IMG/VR virus record: IMGVR_UViG_3300024581_002111
Location: 14,309 to 78,308 of that record
Origin: a virus
Direction: 5' to 3' (one strand)
DNA length: 64,000 bases
Below the pieces are notes generated by a model. The model had not been told where the DNA came from. It saw only the letters and a list, made by a program, of their open reading frames with translations, and did no database searches. This document shows positions 1 through 9,406 of the stretch, piece by piece. Position 1 is the first letter of the stretch; each line of letters opens with the position of its first letter. Made by a program: the position numbers and the translations under genes.

Positions 1-282
1 TAATGTGAGCAGTAAATCTTCTAAATCCTTTTCTGTGTTGTACACGATTATTTCGTCTACATATTTTACTGCACTCAATTGTATTTGTCTTTCTATGATA
101 CTTTGTACTGGAGGATTCTTCTCGCCAGGCCTATCCAGTGTAGGATCGTTTTGCAGTCCCACAATGAGAAAATCACAGTGGTGTTTAGCTTCTTCCAGCA
201 TGGTGATGTGTCCAGCATGTAGCAGATCAAATGTGCTACAAGTGAATCCTATTTTACCACAGTCTTTGTAATCTAATTTCAT
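1..282 (-). CDS. Cytidylyltransferase (TagD/RfaE-like HxGH nucleotidyltransferase), runs off the window start
   Basis: Own translation from ATG 282: MKLDYKDCGKIGFTCSTFDLLHAGHITMLEEAK...LIVGLQNDP...QSIIER...VKYVDEI. Absent from the track because no stop lies in the window. Confidence 0.85.
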   Translation of the reverse strand, partial: MKLDYKDCGKIGFTCSTFDLLHAGHITMLEEAKHHCDFLIVGLQNDPTLDRPGEKNPPVQSIIERQIQLSAVKYVDEIIVYNTEKDLEDLLLTL

Positions 283-986
283 GTTTCTCCTGTTTCCACA
301 GTTCTGCCAAATTCCCTGAATCTCAATTTCATCATCCAAAATGGTATTTCACTGAGATTTGTTGTGACGTCCCATTGTATGTTATCCGTTTGCACAGCAT
401 TCACTATTGCCAAACCAGGCTCAGGTACCAATGGTGGCAAGGACAGGTTATGGTATTTGAATCTCACCGAATCGTTTTCGAACATGGTAACATTCACAGC
501 GGCAATAACACTACCGCGGGGGGACATCTGTTTGTGTCCAGGTTCCATCACTTCCCATGCCGCTGTGGGAAACTCAGGAGTGCAACCTACTTGCGCCTGG
601 ATATCGCTTTCGTCTATGTGGTCGCACATTTTGTTATAAAAGCCCATGTTATCAAAACGCCTGACTTCCAGGTACTCGGCAACAGATAAAGGCAAATTCA
701 CAAGACTTGCTAATCTACTACATATATTTTTCAATATTTCATCTTGATAAAAACTTATACGCCAAGTATAGCACTGAAACGAAGAATTGTCAACTGATAA
801 TTCGGCAGTGTGATGTGCTTTGTTGATTTGTTGCTCGCAGTGATAAACCACGTAATTACATTCGTCGGTGGTCACATACCCTGGCAAATAATAAATACCG
901 GGTCTACTTGCGTATGTGAAAAAACCTACTTTTTGTTTTTCAGCTACGGTGGTATTCAAATGTTCTTCAATATTTGGTATAAGCAT
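279..986 (-). CDS. Prolyl-4-hydroxylase-like 2OG-Fe(II) fold protein, probably degenerate
   Basis: Start re-assigned to MLIPNIEE (986), downstream of the TATAAATA at 1004-1011. P4H-like layout (YLPGYVTTDEC...AEYLEVRRF) but no HxD...H triad. Confidence 0.45.
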   Translation of the reverse strand: MLIPNIEEHLNTTVAEKQKVGFFTYASRPGIYYLPGYVTTDECNYVVYHCEQQINKAHHTAELSVDNSSFQCYTWRISFYQDEILKNICSRLASLVNLPLSVAEYLEVRRFDNMGFYNKMCDHIDESDIQAQVGCTPEFPTAAWEVMEPGHKQMSPRGSVIAAVNVTMFENDSVRFKYHNLSLPPLVPEPGLAIVNAVQTDNIQWDVTTNLSEIPFWMMKLRFREFGRTVETGET

Positions 987-1003
987 GGAGTTTATTGAGT
1001 CTG

Positions 1004-1020
1004 TATTTATATGATAAATA
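1004..1020. promoter_or_regulatory. Back-to-back divergent T4-type late promoters
   Basis: TATTTATA 1004-1011 (TATAAATA on minus) and GATAAATA 1013-1020 (plus). Confidence 0.75.
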
Positions 1021-1054
1021 CTTATATCGAATACATCAGTGGGAGTAGCATTTA

Positions 1055-4000
1055 GTGGCACAGCATAAGGATTACGGACTTGTTGGCGTTGGTAACGATG
1101 TACAACTAGGCAAGCAGGGTCCAAGACTAAAGAATAACGGCGATGGCACACTCAGTGTCACAGATCTCAGCGGCGCAAATGGCACACAATTATCTGGTGC
1201 TAACGCAATAAATGCCGCAGATTTTGTAACCAAGGCACAGTTGGATGCACTTGCATCTGGTGCAGGCACCGATGGTTTTAATTTACAATTAGGTAATATC
1301 AACAGTCAAGGAGACGCAAGTTGGACTGACGGTGCTGTGCAAACTATCACCAATACTACTTCAGTATCGCAAGCAATTGACGACCTCAACGAAGCAATGG
1401 AAAATGTGCGTAACAACACATTTGTTAAAAGTGTTGATTTCACAGTGGACAACAGTGTAGGTGGTGCACCTTTGGTAAGCACACTCACAATAACCACAGT
1501 AGGTAATGCAGACCGTTATACAATTGACTGGGGCGACGGCGACACCACAACAGCCACCTCAGATTCAACTCCTACTCACACTTACACTGACAACACCAAT
1601 TCTCCATTTGATGTAACAGTGACAGCATTTAACAGCTCAGGTTCAGGCACAGGTTCAAGTGCAGACAAAGAAAAGGTAGACTTTATCACCTTGTACACTG
1701 GTGACCCTGAGGCGGATTTTGAATTCTATGCGGCTAACACAGGCGGCGCCGCTATCAATTACATAGACGATGGTGCTACAGTGTACTTCGACAACAACAC
1801 CACAAACACAAGTGGTGCTGATGTTGAATACACAATTAACTGGGGTGACAGCACACCAGATGCAAACGTAGCAAGTGACAGTGCAGACGGCGGTGTAGCA
1901 GGCAACAGATTAGCTCATGTGTTTACTACATCAACTGAACAAGAACAGTCATATACGGTGACTTTAACTTTAGATAGTCACAGTACTGCTGACCCAAGTG
2001 TTATACCAGACACAACTACAGCAGTGATAAAAGTATACGATACTCATACCCCAGAAATTGCACTAGATACAACTAATGTAATTAACGAAGATGCAACAAG
2101 TGGTGGTGTTGTAACATTTACAAACACCACCGAAAACACAATCGGCAGTTATGCCGATTACGGTATTCAATACAGATATAATTGGGGCGATGGAACCACT
2201 AACACAGTGAACGTGGGCACTGGCGCAGATGGCGACACTGGTCGCACAATCAATCACACTTATGCACTTAGTGGAGCTCAACAAGCGGCAGGCACAGGCG
2301 CTGACTTTACAGGTAACTTGGAAGTTATATCAAATCACACTGGATCACCATTTATCAGTTCAGACTTCACAGTGCACGTTGAACCAGACTTGAGAGCAGA
2401 AATCACTTCATCAAGTACAACATCAAGTTTAAAATCCAGCAACGACAGTATTAGAACTGTGTACAAAGGCACAGACTTATCAGGTACTAACCGTGCTGTT
2501 ATTACTGTAGACAACACCACATCACCAAGACAGAGTGGTGTGCAATATCAATACAGTTGGGGTGATGGCAGTGCCAATGTAACTGTAACAGAAGTCAATG
2601 CTCCTGTACCGCCAGATGCTGGTACAGTGTTAGGTGCAAACATAACTCACGATTACAGCAATGCCACAACAGGTAGCAAAACATTAACCATGCAGGCAAC
2701 AGGCACACTGGATATCACTGCACAAAGTTCCACAGTTTCACAAACAGTTGTAGTAGAAGATGTGCCGCCAGCACCGGCAGGTGTTAGCAGTAAGACACTT
2801 ACATTGAACACAACACCAGATCACGCAGGCTCAGCAAAACTAGCAAGTGGTGCTAATAATGCATGGAGAGGTGTTACTGCAGGCACAGATCTTGACAGCA
2901 ACACTGTGAGAAGATATGACGACACAGAAACTGTGAGAACCAATGCAATCACAGATGCATACAATGCCGCAAGCGGGACACTCAGTGCATTGGTTAATGG
3001 TGTTGCAGATGGTACCAAAACATTTACTACTGCAACAGGGGAAACAGGTACATTTAGTGCATTAGATATTTCCAGCGCAGGCGATGCACACAACGAAATT
3101 AGTTCAACAATATATCCAGAAAACTTTTACCAAGTGTTCTCAGCAAGAGTGAGCAGAAACATCACTGCCTTAGGCCATGGTGTCCACACATTTGCACTCA
3201 GTCATGATGCTACTGGCACAACTAACAATGTGTATGTGGTATATGATAATGTAAACAGTGTACCAACATTAGACATCAATGGTGCAAGTTTACAAGAAGA
3301 AACAAATGGTTCGCTGAGATATGTTAGTGGTATTCCATATTACAATTCAGGTAGCCCAACAGTTAAACTGGTAGGTGCTACAGTAACAAATCTAGTAGGC
3401 CAAGCATACAAAGACGACAGTGCTATATTCAACATCAGGAGCGGCACCAACACTGAAGGTTCAGGTACAGCAGTGGTGCAAAACAGTAGAAGTTATGCAC
3501 AAATAGATGGTGCTGTGTCAATGATGGATGGCAGTATTCCAACTGCTAACGTTGGTGTTGGCAGTGCTTACACATTAGGAAACATCAGCATCGACATTAA
3601 CAATAATAATTGTGTAGAGCCTATCAAGTTTACTATAGAAAACGTTGTGGGCACTAGTGCAGATTCAAATCAAACAGCAGAACAGATTCAAGTATGGGCA
3701 TCAGCACCAACCTTTGACGAGGGTGCTATTCCAGTAGCAGATGCACTAGGTGCAGGTTTTGATGACGACGGCAAGCGCATTACTGGCTTTGGCGGCAGTG
3801 CTGACACTCCTGTGTTTGATAACAGTGTGGACAACTACACAGCAAATGTGTGGAGTGGTGCAGAAACCATTGCTGGCACAGCAGAAGCAGTGAACAGATT
3901 CAACGTGCTGACTCATTATGATACAGATTTATCGAGCGGGTACCTACCAGTAGGACCCGACTTGAGCACAGGCAGAAGCGGTGCTCAATATTTTACTTTT

Positions 4001-4363
4001 GCATTCCGCAGAACCACAATGGCAAACTTTGATATCACACTGTCTGGCACAGTCAGTGGTGTGTGGATTGCGGCGCCAGGCACTGACATTGATAACACTT
4101 CAGGTTTAAATGGTTGGATACATGCAGGTACCACATACGGTGGTGCTGGCACACCTGGAAGCAACACTGGATCAGGTGGTAACGGAAGTGATGGTTGTGC
4201 ATTTACATCAGGTGATAGAATTATAGACGGTACTAGTTACAGTAACGATACATTCACAATGACACTTGGTGATCAAAACGCAACCAACAGCACAGGTAAT
4301 AACATACTTGTGCGAATTAAATTAGAGGACGGTGACAGTTTGACTGCACTGAGTATTAGTTAA
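1055..4363 (+). CDS. Large virion fibre/decoration protein with about four PKD (Ig-like) repeats
   Basis: Repeated Y-x-x-[DNS]WGD[GS]...H-x-[YF] motifs, G/T/S/A/N-rich beta composition, late promoter and GGGAG upstream. Confidence 0.75.
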   Translation: MAQHKDYGLVGVGNDVQLGKQGPRLKNNGDGTLSVTDLSGANGTQLSGANAINAADFVTKAQLDALASGAGTDGFNLQLGNINSQGDASWTDGAVQTITNTTSVSQAIDDLNEAMENVRNNTFVKSVDFTVDNSVGGAPLVSTLTITTVGNADRYTIDWGDGDTTTATSDSTPTHTYTDNTNSPFDVTVTAFNSSGSGTGSSADKEKVDFITLYTGDPEADFEFYAANTGGAAINYIDDGATVYFDNNTTNTSGADVEYTINWGDSTPDANVASDSADGGVAGNRLAHVFTTSTEQEQSYTVTLTLDSHSTADPSVIPDTTTAVIKVYDTHTPEIALDTTNVINEDATSGGVVTFTNTTENTIGSYADYGIQYRYNWGDGTTNTVNVGTGADGDTGRTINHTYALSGAQQAAGTGADFTGNLEVISNHTGSPFISSDFTVHVEPDLRAEITSSSTTSSLKSSNDSIRTVYKGTDLSGTNRAVITVDNTTSPRQSGVQYQYSWGDGSANVTVTEVNAPVPPDAGTVLGANITHDYSNATTGSKTLTMQATGTLDITAQSSTVSQTVVVEDVPPAPAGVSSKTLTLNTTPDHAGSAKLASGANNAWRGVTAGTDLDSNTVRRYDDTETVRTNAITDAYNAASGTLSALVNGVADGTKTFTTATGETGTFSALDISSAGDAHNEISSTIYPENFYQVFSARVSRNITALGHGVHTFALSHDATGTTNNVYVVYDNVNSVPTLDINGASLQEETNGSLRYVSGIPYYNSGSPTVKLVGATVTNLVGQAYKDDSAIFNIRSGTNTEGSGTAVVQNSRSYAQIDGAVSMMDGSIPTANVGVGSAYTLGNISIDINNNNCVEPIKFTIENVVGTSADSNQTAEQIQVWASAPTFDEGAIPVADALGAGFDDDGKRITGFGGSADTPVFDNSVDNYTANVWSGAETIAGTAEAVNRFNVLTHYDTDLSSGYLPVGPDLSTGRSGAQYFTFAFRRTTMANFDITLSGTVSGVWIAAPGTDIDNTSGLNGWIHAGTTYGGAGTPGSNTGSGGNGSDGCAFTSGDRIIDGTSYSNDTFTMTLGDQNATNSTGNNILVRIKLEDGDSLTALSIS

Positions 4364-5430
4364 TGGCTATATCTGATTCGCAAAAAATTGACTTATTGTG
4401 GAAAAAGGTTGGCTTTGGTAAAGCAAAGACAGATACCAACGACAATAAGAAAGCACCGAACGAAAGTATCAGCTCTGACTTTGTTGTAAAAACCAGTCAA
4501 ATATGGACACAATCGGATAACATACCTAGCGTGATACCAACTGCAAATTCCAGTATTGTCACAGTGTATTCAGATGCATTATCCAGCACTGTGCAGTGTG
4601 TGGAAGACACAACGTCAACAGCACACCGATCCTGGAAAACAAACCTCACAAATTGGATATCACCCAGTTTTGGTGCTACATATCAGTTGAAAGTTTATGC
4701 AAACGCATCTGGTGACAGTGCGCCACAAACCAATGCAACACAGTTATTCGAAACAGGCTCAGGCAATGATGACCAATGGTACTTTGATTATCAATCAGGC
4801 GTGTTACACTTTATTGGTGACAACTTGCCCTCTAGTATCAGTACCAGTACCAACAATGTAATATATGTAAGTGGTGCAAGATATGTTGGCGGAACAGGTT
4901 TAGGTGATGCAGTTGGTGCAAGCCAAACATATCGCAAAGCCACACTGTCTGATGCATTTTCAGATGCAACCATCAAAGAAGGCGATATAATTGAAGTAGC
5001 AAATGCTGGCGACGGCGAGTATGCTGTGTACATTGCTCGCACTGCTAATCCAAGTGGTACGGGTGATTTAACATTGATTAGTACCAGAGACAGTTCAGGC
5101 GCTGATGCACAAACATTAACTGCCACTGTTTATCATAATAGCGGTAATGTAACACTGGGCAACGTGAGCAGTAGCAGTAGACCATTGAGTGTGGTAGTAG
5201 ATGTTACACAAGCATTCGATGGTACCACCGTTATCACTGTAGGCGATGATGCTGATCCGTCAAGATTAATGAATGCACAATATGTAGATGTAGGTGAAGT
5301 ATTCACTTACGTGACCAATCCCAGTTATGTGTACACAGATTCAGTTGATGCCAACAACACTGTGAAAGTGTATGTTACACAAGGTAATTCAACTGTGGGC
5401 ACCGCAACTGTATTATTGAGCTACAGTTAA
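4363..5430 (+). CDS. Virion structural protein, coupled to the upstream fibre gene
   Basis: TAATG overlap. The C-terminal module (ITVGDDADPSRL...TQGNSTVGTATV) is shared with 29884 and 30502. Confidence 0.65.
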   Translation: MAISDSQKIDLLWKKVGFGKAKTDTNDNKKAPNESISSDFVVKTSQIWTQSDNIPSVIPTANSSIVTVYSDALSSTVQCVEDTTSTAHRSWKTNLTNWISPSFGATYQLKVYANASGDSAPQTNATQLFETGSGNDDQWYFDYQSGVLHFIGDNLPSSISTSTNNVIYVSGARYVGGTGLGDAVGASQTYRKATLSDAFSDATIKEGDIIEVANAGDGEYAVYIARTANPSGTGDLTLISTRDSSGADAQTLTATVYHNSGNVTLGNVSSSSRPLSVVVDVTQAFDGTTVITVGDDADPSRLMNAQYVDVGEVFTYVTNPSYVYTDSVDANNTVKVYVTQGNSTVGTATVLLSYS

Positions 5431-6096
5431 ATCTTCTAGAGTGTAACCTGTACAAATTTTAGGGAAACTGTTTGGCATCACAAATGGTCTCTGATATTTT
5501 GTACCAGTTTCTAAATCCTCAGTGTAAACTATTTCTATCTTTGGGTTGGCATTACACACTTCAGCTACCCATCTTATGTCATCGAACAATATGCGTCTAT
5601 ATCGAGGCAGACTGTGTGCAATCACATCACACCATGGTTTTTCCACTGTTATTTCATCTCCCTTGTGAATATATGTATACTTCACTGTGTTAAAATCGTT
5701 TAAATCCACAGGTGTCTCAAATTCGTCGTGCCAACTTGGCATCAACACGTCGTGATTTTTTTCTAATTGTCCGCATAGCTTTGTGAGCCAATAACTGCGT
5801 ACTTGTGCATTGAGGTCTTTACGCATAATGCAGTACACTTTATCTGCGTGTGCTAATAATGTGAGCAGAGGATTAGGTCTCACGTTGTCTTGGTCGGCGC
5901 ACTGATCATGGAATGGCATCAGCTTTACTACCCAGTTGTCAGTGTTTTGCAGTGAGTCTATCCTCTTACTTCTCATAGCAGGATGCACAGACTCGTGAAA
6001 ATATTCGTCTAGATTATCTATGCCATGTTGCATTGCTAACTGTTTGCAAAATTGTGTGCTACCAGTACGGTAAGTACTGAGAACTAATATTTTCAT
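5413..6096 (-). CDS. Sulfotransferase-like P-loop protein (paralog 1)
   Basis: N-terminal ILVLSTYRTGST PAPS-loop-like motif, WVVKLMP, RKDLNAQVRS. Confidence 0.55.
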   Translation of the reverse strand: MKILVLSTYRTGSTQFCKQLAMQHGIDNLDEYFHESVHPAMRSKRIDSLQNTDNWVVKLMPFHDQCADQDNVRPNPLLTLLAHADKVYCIMRKDLNAQVRSYWLTKLCGQLEKNHDVLMPSWHDEFETPVDLNDFNTVKYTYIHKGDEITVEKPWCDVIAHSLPRYRRILFDDIRWVAEVCNANPKIEIVYTEDLETGTKYQRPFVMPNSFPKICTGYTLEDLTVAQ

Positions 6097-6740
6097 TGTG
6101 TGTCCCTGGGAAATAGTTTTTCCAAATCTGTGTGTTGATTTCTAAAAGACTCTTGTGTGTATATCGGTTCCCATTCAAACCTCACAGGTCTTTTGTATTT
6201 TTTCTCTGGTTGCATGAAGTCTTCGGACCAAACAATTTTAGCAGGCTTGTCCAACATGTGATACATTGCACTCAAGCCTAACAAGTTGCTGTGTATAAAG
6301 ATTTCTATTTCTCTCCACAAGTTGCGAGTCTCTGGTGTGTCTGGAATGATCAATTCTTCTTCCCAGTTGTCGTGAAATTGTTGTGGGTTGCTTTCAACTG
6401 CTACTGCATAAGTTGCCACAAACAAACTGCGTATTTGTGCATTAGTATCCTTACGCAATAACACATGTATTTCGTCTGATGATTTTTCTAACTCTCTGAA
6501 CCACCCTTTGGGACGGTATGGACAGTATTCTGAAAGGTGCCCAGCATGCACTTTGATCACAGCATCACTGGGTCCAAAGTAGTGTCTGTACACAGTTCTA
6601 AATCCTATCTTTGCTTCGTCTGTGCACCCCCGGGTAAGCATAAAAGGTTCGCCTAAATTGATTAAACCATACTGTTGAGCAATGCTTTGTGTGTAGTAAT
6701 TGCTTGCACTGCGAGGCGAAGTGAGAATCATTATCTTCAT
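6093..6740 (-). CDS. Sulfotransferase-like P-loop protein (paralog 2)
   Basis: IMILTSPRSASN, NLGEPF, VIKVH, RKDTNAQIRS. Tandem paralog of 5413. Confidence 0.55.
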   Translation of the reverse strand: MKIMILTSPRSASNYYTQSIAQQYGLINLGEPFMLTRGCTDEAKIGFRTVYRHYFGPSDAVIKVHAGHLSEYCPYRPKGWFRELEKSSDEIHVLLRKDTNAQIRSLFVATYAVAVESNPQQFHDNWEEELIIPDTPETRNLWREIEIFIHSNLLGLSAMYHMLDKPAKIVWSEDFMQPEKKYKRPVRFEWEPIYTQESFRNQHTDLEKLFPRDTQ

Positions 6741-6745
6741 GCTGT

Positions 6746-6765
6746 TATTTATACTACCATAAATA
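6746..6765. promoter_or_regulatory. Back-to-back divergent late promoters
   Basis: TATAAATA on minus at 6746-6753, 5 nt before ATG 6740. CATAAATA on plus at 6758-6765. Confidence 0.75.
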
Positions 6766-6773
6766 CTGTTATA

Positions 6774-7232
6774 ATGATAAAGCGAATACCATTTGAATAC
6801 ATATACCCAATCTGGAAAGACAGACTGTGGCCTAGCAGATTAAGTGACATAGAAACTCACAGTGCACTTACCTGGCCATTTGAAGGAGAGCCAGACAGCA
6901 TTGACATGAACATATTCAACTATGAACCAACATTCTTTGGCATGTTTATGGACAGCAAATTAGTGGGCGTGAATTCAGGACACCGCACTTCTGATCATCA
7001 GTATCGCAGTAGAGGTATTTGGGTTGACCCAGAATACAGAATGCATGGCATTTCACAGCAGTTGTTCGCCGCAACTCAACAGCAAGCAATAGATGAACAG
7101 TGTGATATGATATGGAGTATTCCAAGAAAAACCGCCCTAAAGGCTTACACCAAGTTTGGCTTCAGCACAGTGGGCGATTACTTTGGTACAGAAACTGCAG
7201 ATGCAAACATCTACGTCAGCAAGTATATCTAG
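6774..7232 (+). CDS. GNAT-family N-acetyltransferase
   Basis: Start re-assigned to MIKRIPFE. Motif A RSRGIWVDPEYRMHGISQQL and AYTKFGF. Confidence 0.75.
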   Translation: MIKRIPFEYIYPIWKDRLWPSRLSDIETHSALTWPFEGEPDSIDMNIFNYEPTFFGMFMDSKLVGVNSGHRTSDHQYRSRGIWVDPEYRMHGISQQLFAATQQQAIDEQCDMIWSIPRKTALKAYTKFGFSTVGDYFGTETADANIYVSKYI

Positions 7233-7819
7233 CCGCTTGCCTGAGATTCTCTTGCTATTTTAGCTTCTGCCGCTTGACTTCTTCGAATAGCACGTTCTGC
7301 TGAGAAGTCCTTGAGATATTGAAGCATGGTGTCACAGTCTGATACCAAGAAAGGATCAGACTCGATGTTATCACCGTATCCCGGTTCAACAAAAATCTTC
7401 TCCACAATGTTATCAGTGATAACTGCAGAATATCTCCAACTGCGGAAACCAAATCCCAAATTGTCTTTGTCTACCAACATGCCCATTTTACGACTGAATT
7501 CACCTGAACCATCTGGCAGTGCTTTGACATTTTTGATGTCTAAACTTTTGAGCCATGCGTTCATTACGAAACTGTCGTTAACGCTTAGACAGTAAACTTC
7601 GTCTACATCCTCGGCAAGGATTTCTTTATAGTTCAATTCGTATCCTGGTAAATGTGTGCTAGAACATGTAGGTGTGAAAGCGCCTGGCAAAGAAAACAGT
7701 ACAACTCTTTTGCCTCGGAATAGATCCACTGAATTCACATCCTTCCATTCGAAACCTGGTGCTTGGTCCGATTCAACTCTGGTGTGGAAAACCACATCAG
7801 GTACATTTACATAAAACAT
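7229..7819 (-). CDS. Peroxiredoxin, Prx5/PGdx type
   Basis: LPGAFTPTCSSTHLPG, VNDSFVMNAW, PDGSGEF, GFRSWRYS. Confidence 0.92.
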   Translation of the reverse strand: MFYVNVPDVVFHTRVESDQAPGFEWKDVNSVDLFRGKRVVLFSLPGAFTPTCSSTHLPGYELNYKEILAEDVDEVYCLSVNDSFVMNAWLKSLDIKNVKALPDGSGEFSRKMGMLVDKDNLGFGFRSWRYSAVITDNIVEKIFVEPGYGDNIESDPFLVSDCDTMLQYLKDFSAERAIRRSQAAEAKIARESQASG

Positions 7820-7845
7820 TATTCACTCCTGTATTGTGTGTAGGG

Positions 7846-7853
7846 TATTTATA
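7846..7853 (-). promoter_or_regulatory. Late promoter for prx
   Basis: TATAAATA, followed by a leader containing AGGAG. Confidence 0.7.
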
Positions 7854-9054
7854 CCAACTTCATAAATGCTGACTTCAATTGTGAAACCAGCTCTCTGCAA
7901 TCATCTAAGTCATTATAAGGTGCTATACTAACACGCACAATGCCCTTGTTAGGCGAAATTCTATTGACCAAAGGGTGTGCACACACTTTGCCTGTGCGTA
8001 CTGCTACGCCGCTGTGTGCAAGCATTACGGCTATATCGTGACTGTGTCCTACAGTGGGCACAAAACTGAATATACTACGCGGTCCATGTGGATCTACTGT
8101 GTGGCAGTATAGTTTGCAGTTGGGCAAATCATCGAAGCCATAACTTAATAAATTAACAGCAACATCAACTTCCGCCTCTGCTATTTTGTTGTAGCCAACA
8201 TAATTGATTAATTCTGCCGCAACACCAAATCCCACAATACCAGCAATGTTGGGCGTACCTGGTTCGTGCTTGTCAACATTGTCTGCGTACACCACATCAT
8301 TGAATGAAACATGCTCTACTGCGCCGCCACCATATCGAATAGCAGTTAATTCTTCTGCATCAAATGCAGTGTACAGTGCACCAACGCCTGTGGGTCCGTA
8401 CATTTTATGTGCACTAAAACAAGCCCATTCAACAGGTGTGGCAGTTAAATCAATTTTTTCGTGTGCCACAGTCTGACAAAAGTCCACTGCAACACTGCAA
8501 CCATACTTGTGTGCTAAATCAGCCATGCTTTCCCAAGGTTGTGTGATGCCTGTTACATTGCTGGTAGCACAAAAACTTAACAGTGCACTGCCTTCACAAC
8601 TTGCTAAAACACTCTCAAGTTCATCAATGTTCACATAACCATTAAAGTCATTGATGGGAATAACTGCCAATTTGCCATTCTTTTCTGTTCTGCCTTGCAC
8701 TAACCAAGGAATAATATTTGCATTGTGTTCCGCCTCAGTGACAATTACCACGTCATAACTTTTACACCATTGTGCAATTCGATTCAAACTGTCAGTGGTA
8801 CCGGCTGTGAAAAACACATGCTTGCTGGGCACGTTGATGAGATCAGCTACCTGTTCACGTGCAACACTAACAGCATGTGTAGCAGTGTCAGTTAAAGTGT
8901 ATTCACCTCTGCCTGTGTTGGCACGATAAGTTTCATAGTACGCATTCATTGCATCCAGTACAGGCTGGGGAGTTTGACTGGTGCTGGCGCTGTCAAAGTA
9001 TCTGAGGTTAGGTAAATTTTGGAATATAGGAAACGAGTCTTTCCAAGTTAACAT
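7849..9054 (-). CDS. sufS: Group II (SufS/CsdA-type) cysteine desulfurase
   Basis: YFDSASTSQTP, EHNANIIPW, SAHKMYGPTGVG (PLP Lys), EPGTPNIAG, RTGKVCAHP (catalytic Cys). Confidence 0.9.
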   Translation of the reverse strand: MLTWKDSFPIFQNLPNLRYFDSASTSQTPQPVLDAMNAYYETYRANTGRGEYTLTDTATHAVSVAREQVADLINVPSKHVFFTAGTTDSLNRIAQWCKSYDVVIVTEAEHNANIIPWLVQGRTEKNGKLAVIPINDFNGYVNIDELESVLASCEGSALLSFCATSNVTGITQPWESMADLAHKYGCSVAVDFCQTVAHEKIDLTATPVEWACFSAHKMYGPTGVGALYTAFDAEELTAIRYGGGAVEHVSFNDVVYADNVDKHEPGTPNIAGIVGFGVAAELINYVGYNKIAEAEVDVAVNLLSYGFDDLPNCKLYCHTVDPHGPRSIFSFVPTVGHSHDIAVMLAHSGVAVRTGKVCAHPLVNRISPNKGIVRVSIAPYNDLDDCRELVSQLKSAFMKLV

Positions 9055-9055
9055 A

Positions 9056-9352
9056 TCATACGGGCTCTAAAATAATCTGTAATGGGTGCCCGCTGTGTCT
9101 AGCAACAATGGTCGATTCGTGTACTTTTTGTTCAGCAACTTCGTAACTGTAAGTACCAACTACTGCTTTGCCGTGTTCGTGTACTTCCATAGTGATATCC
9201 TGTGCACGTTCAATATCCTTGTTGAAAATTTCAATCAACAGATGTATCACAAATGCAACTGGAGTATAATCGTCATTCAAGAACACAACATTGTAACGCT
9301 GTGGGTATGCCAGTTTGGTCTGTGTTGTTGTTGCTGTTTGTGTTTTTGCCAT
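9056..9352 (-). CDS. clpS: ClpS N-end-rule adaptor
   Basis: VVFLNDDYTP, VHEHGKAVVG, YSYEVAEQK, HPLQ. Confidence 0.93.
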   Translation of the reverse strand: MAKTQTATTTQTKLAYPQRYNVVFLNDDYTPVAFVIHLLIEIFNKDIERAQDITMEVHEHGKAVVGTYSYEVAEQKVHESTIVARHSGHPLQIILEPV

Positions 9353-9370
9353 GTTGTCTTACCTGAAAGT

Positions 9371-9393
9371 TTGGGGGCATATTCTGCCCCCAA
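9371..9393. terminator. Perfect 9-bp GC hairpin between hsp20 and clpS (terminator or 5' stabiliser)
   Basis: TTGGGGGCA-tattc-TGCCCCCAA. The U-tail is weak. Confidence 0.5.
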
Positions 9394-9396
9394 GAT

Positions 9397-9404
9397 TATT
9401 TATA
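9397..9404 (-). promoter_or_regulatory. Late promoter for clpS
   Basis: TATAAATA. Confidence 0.7.
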
Positions 9405-9406
9405 TT

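Noticed and set aside
5-271. Track ORF 5..271 (+) and the many other short antisense ORFs
   Set aside because: They are shadows of well-supported genes on the opposite strand. Here the real gene is a minus-strand HAGH cytidylyltransferase running off the window.
4350-4370. Programmed frameshift fusing the 1102-aa fibre to the next protein
   Set aside because: The junction is an ordinary TAATG stop-start overlap, with no slippery heptamer or downstream structure visible.
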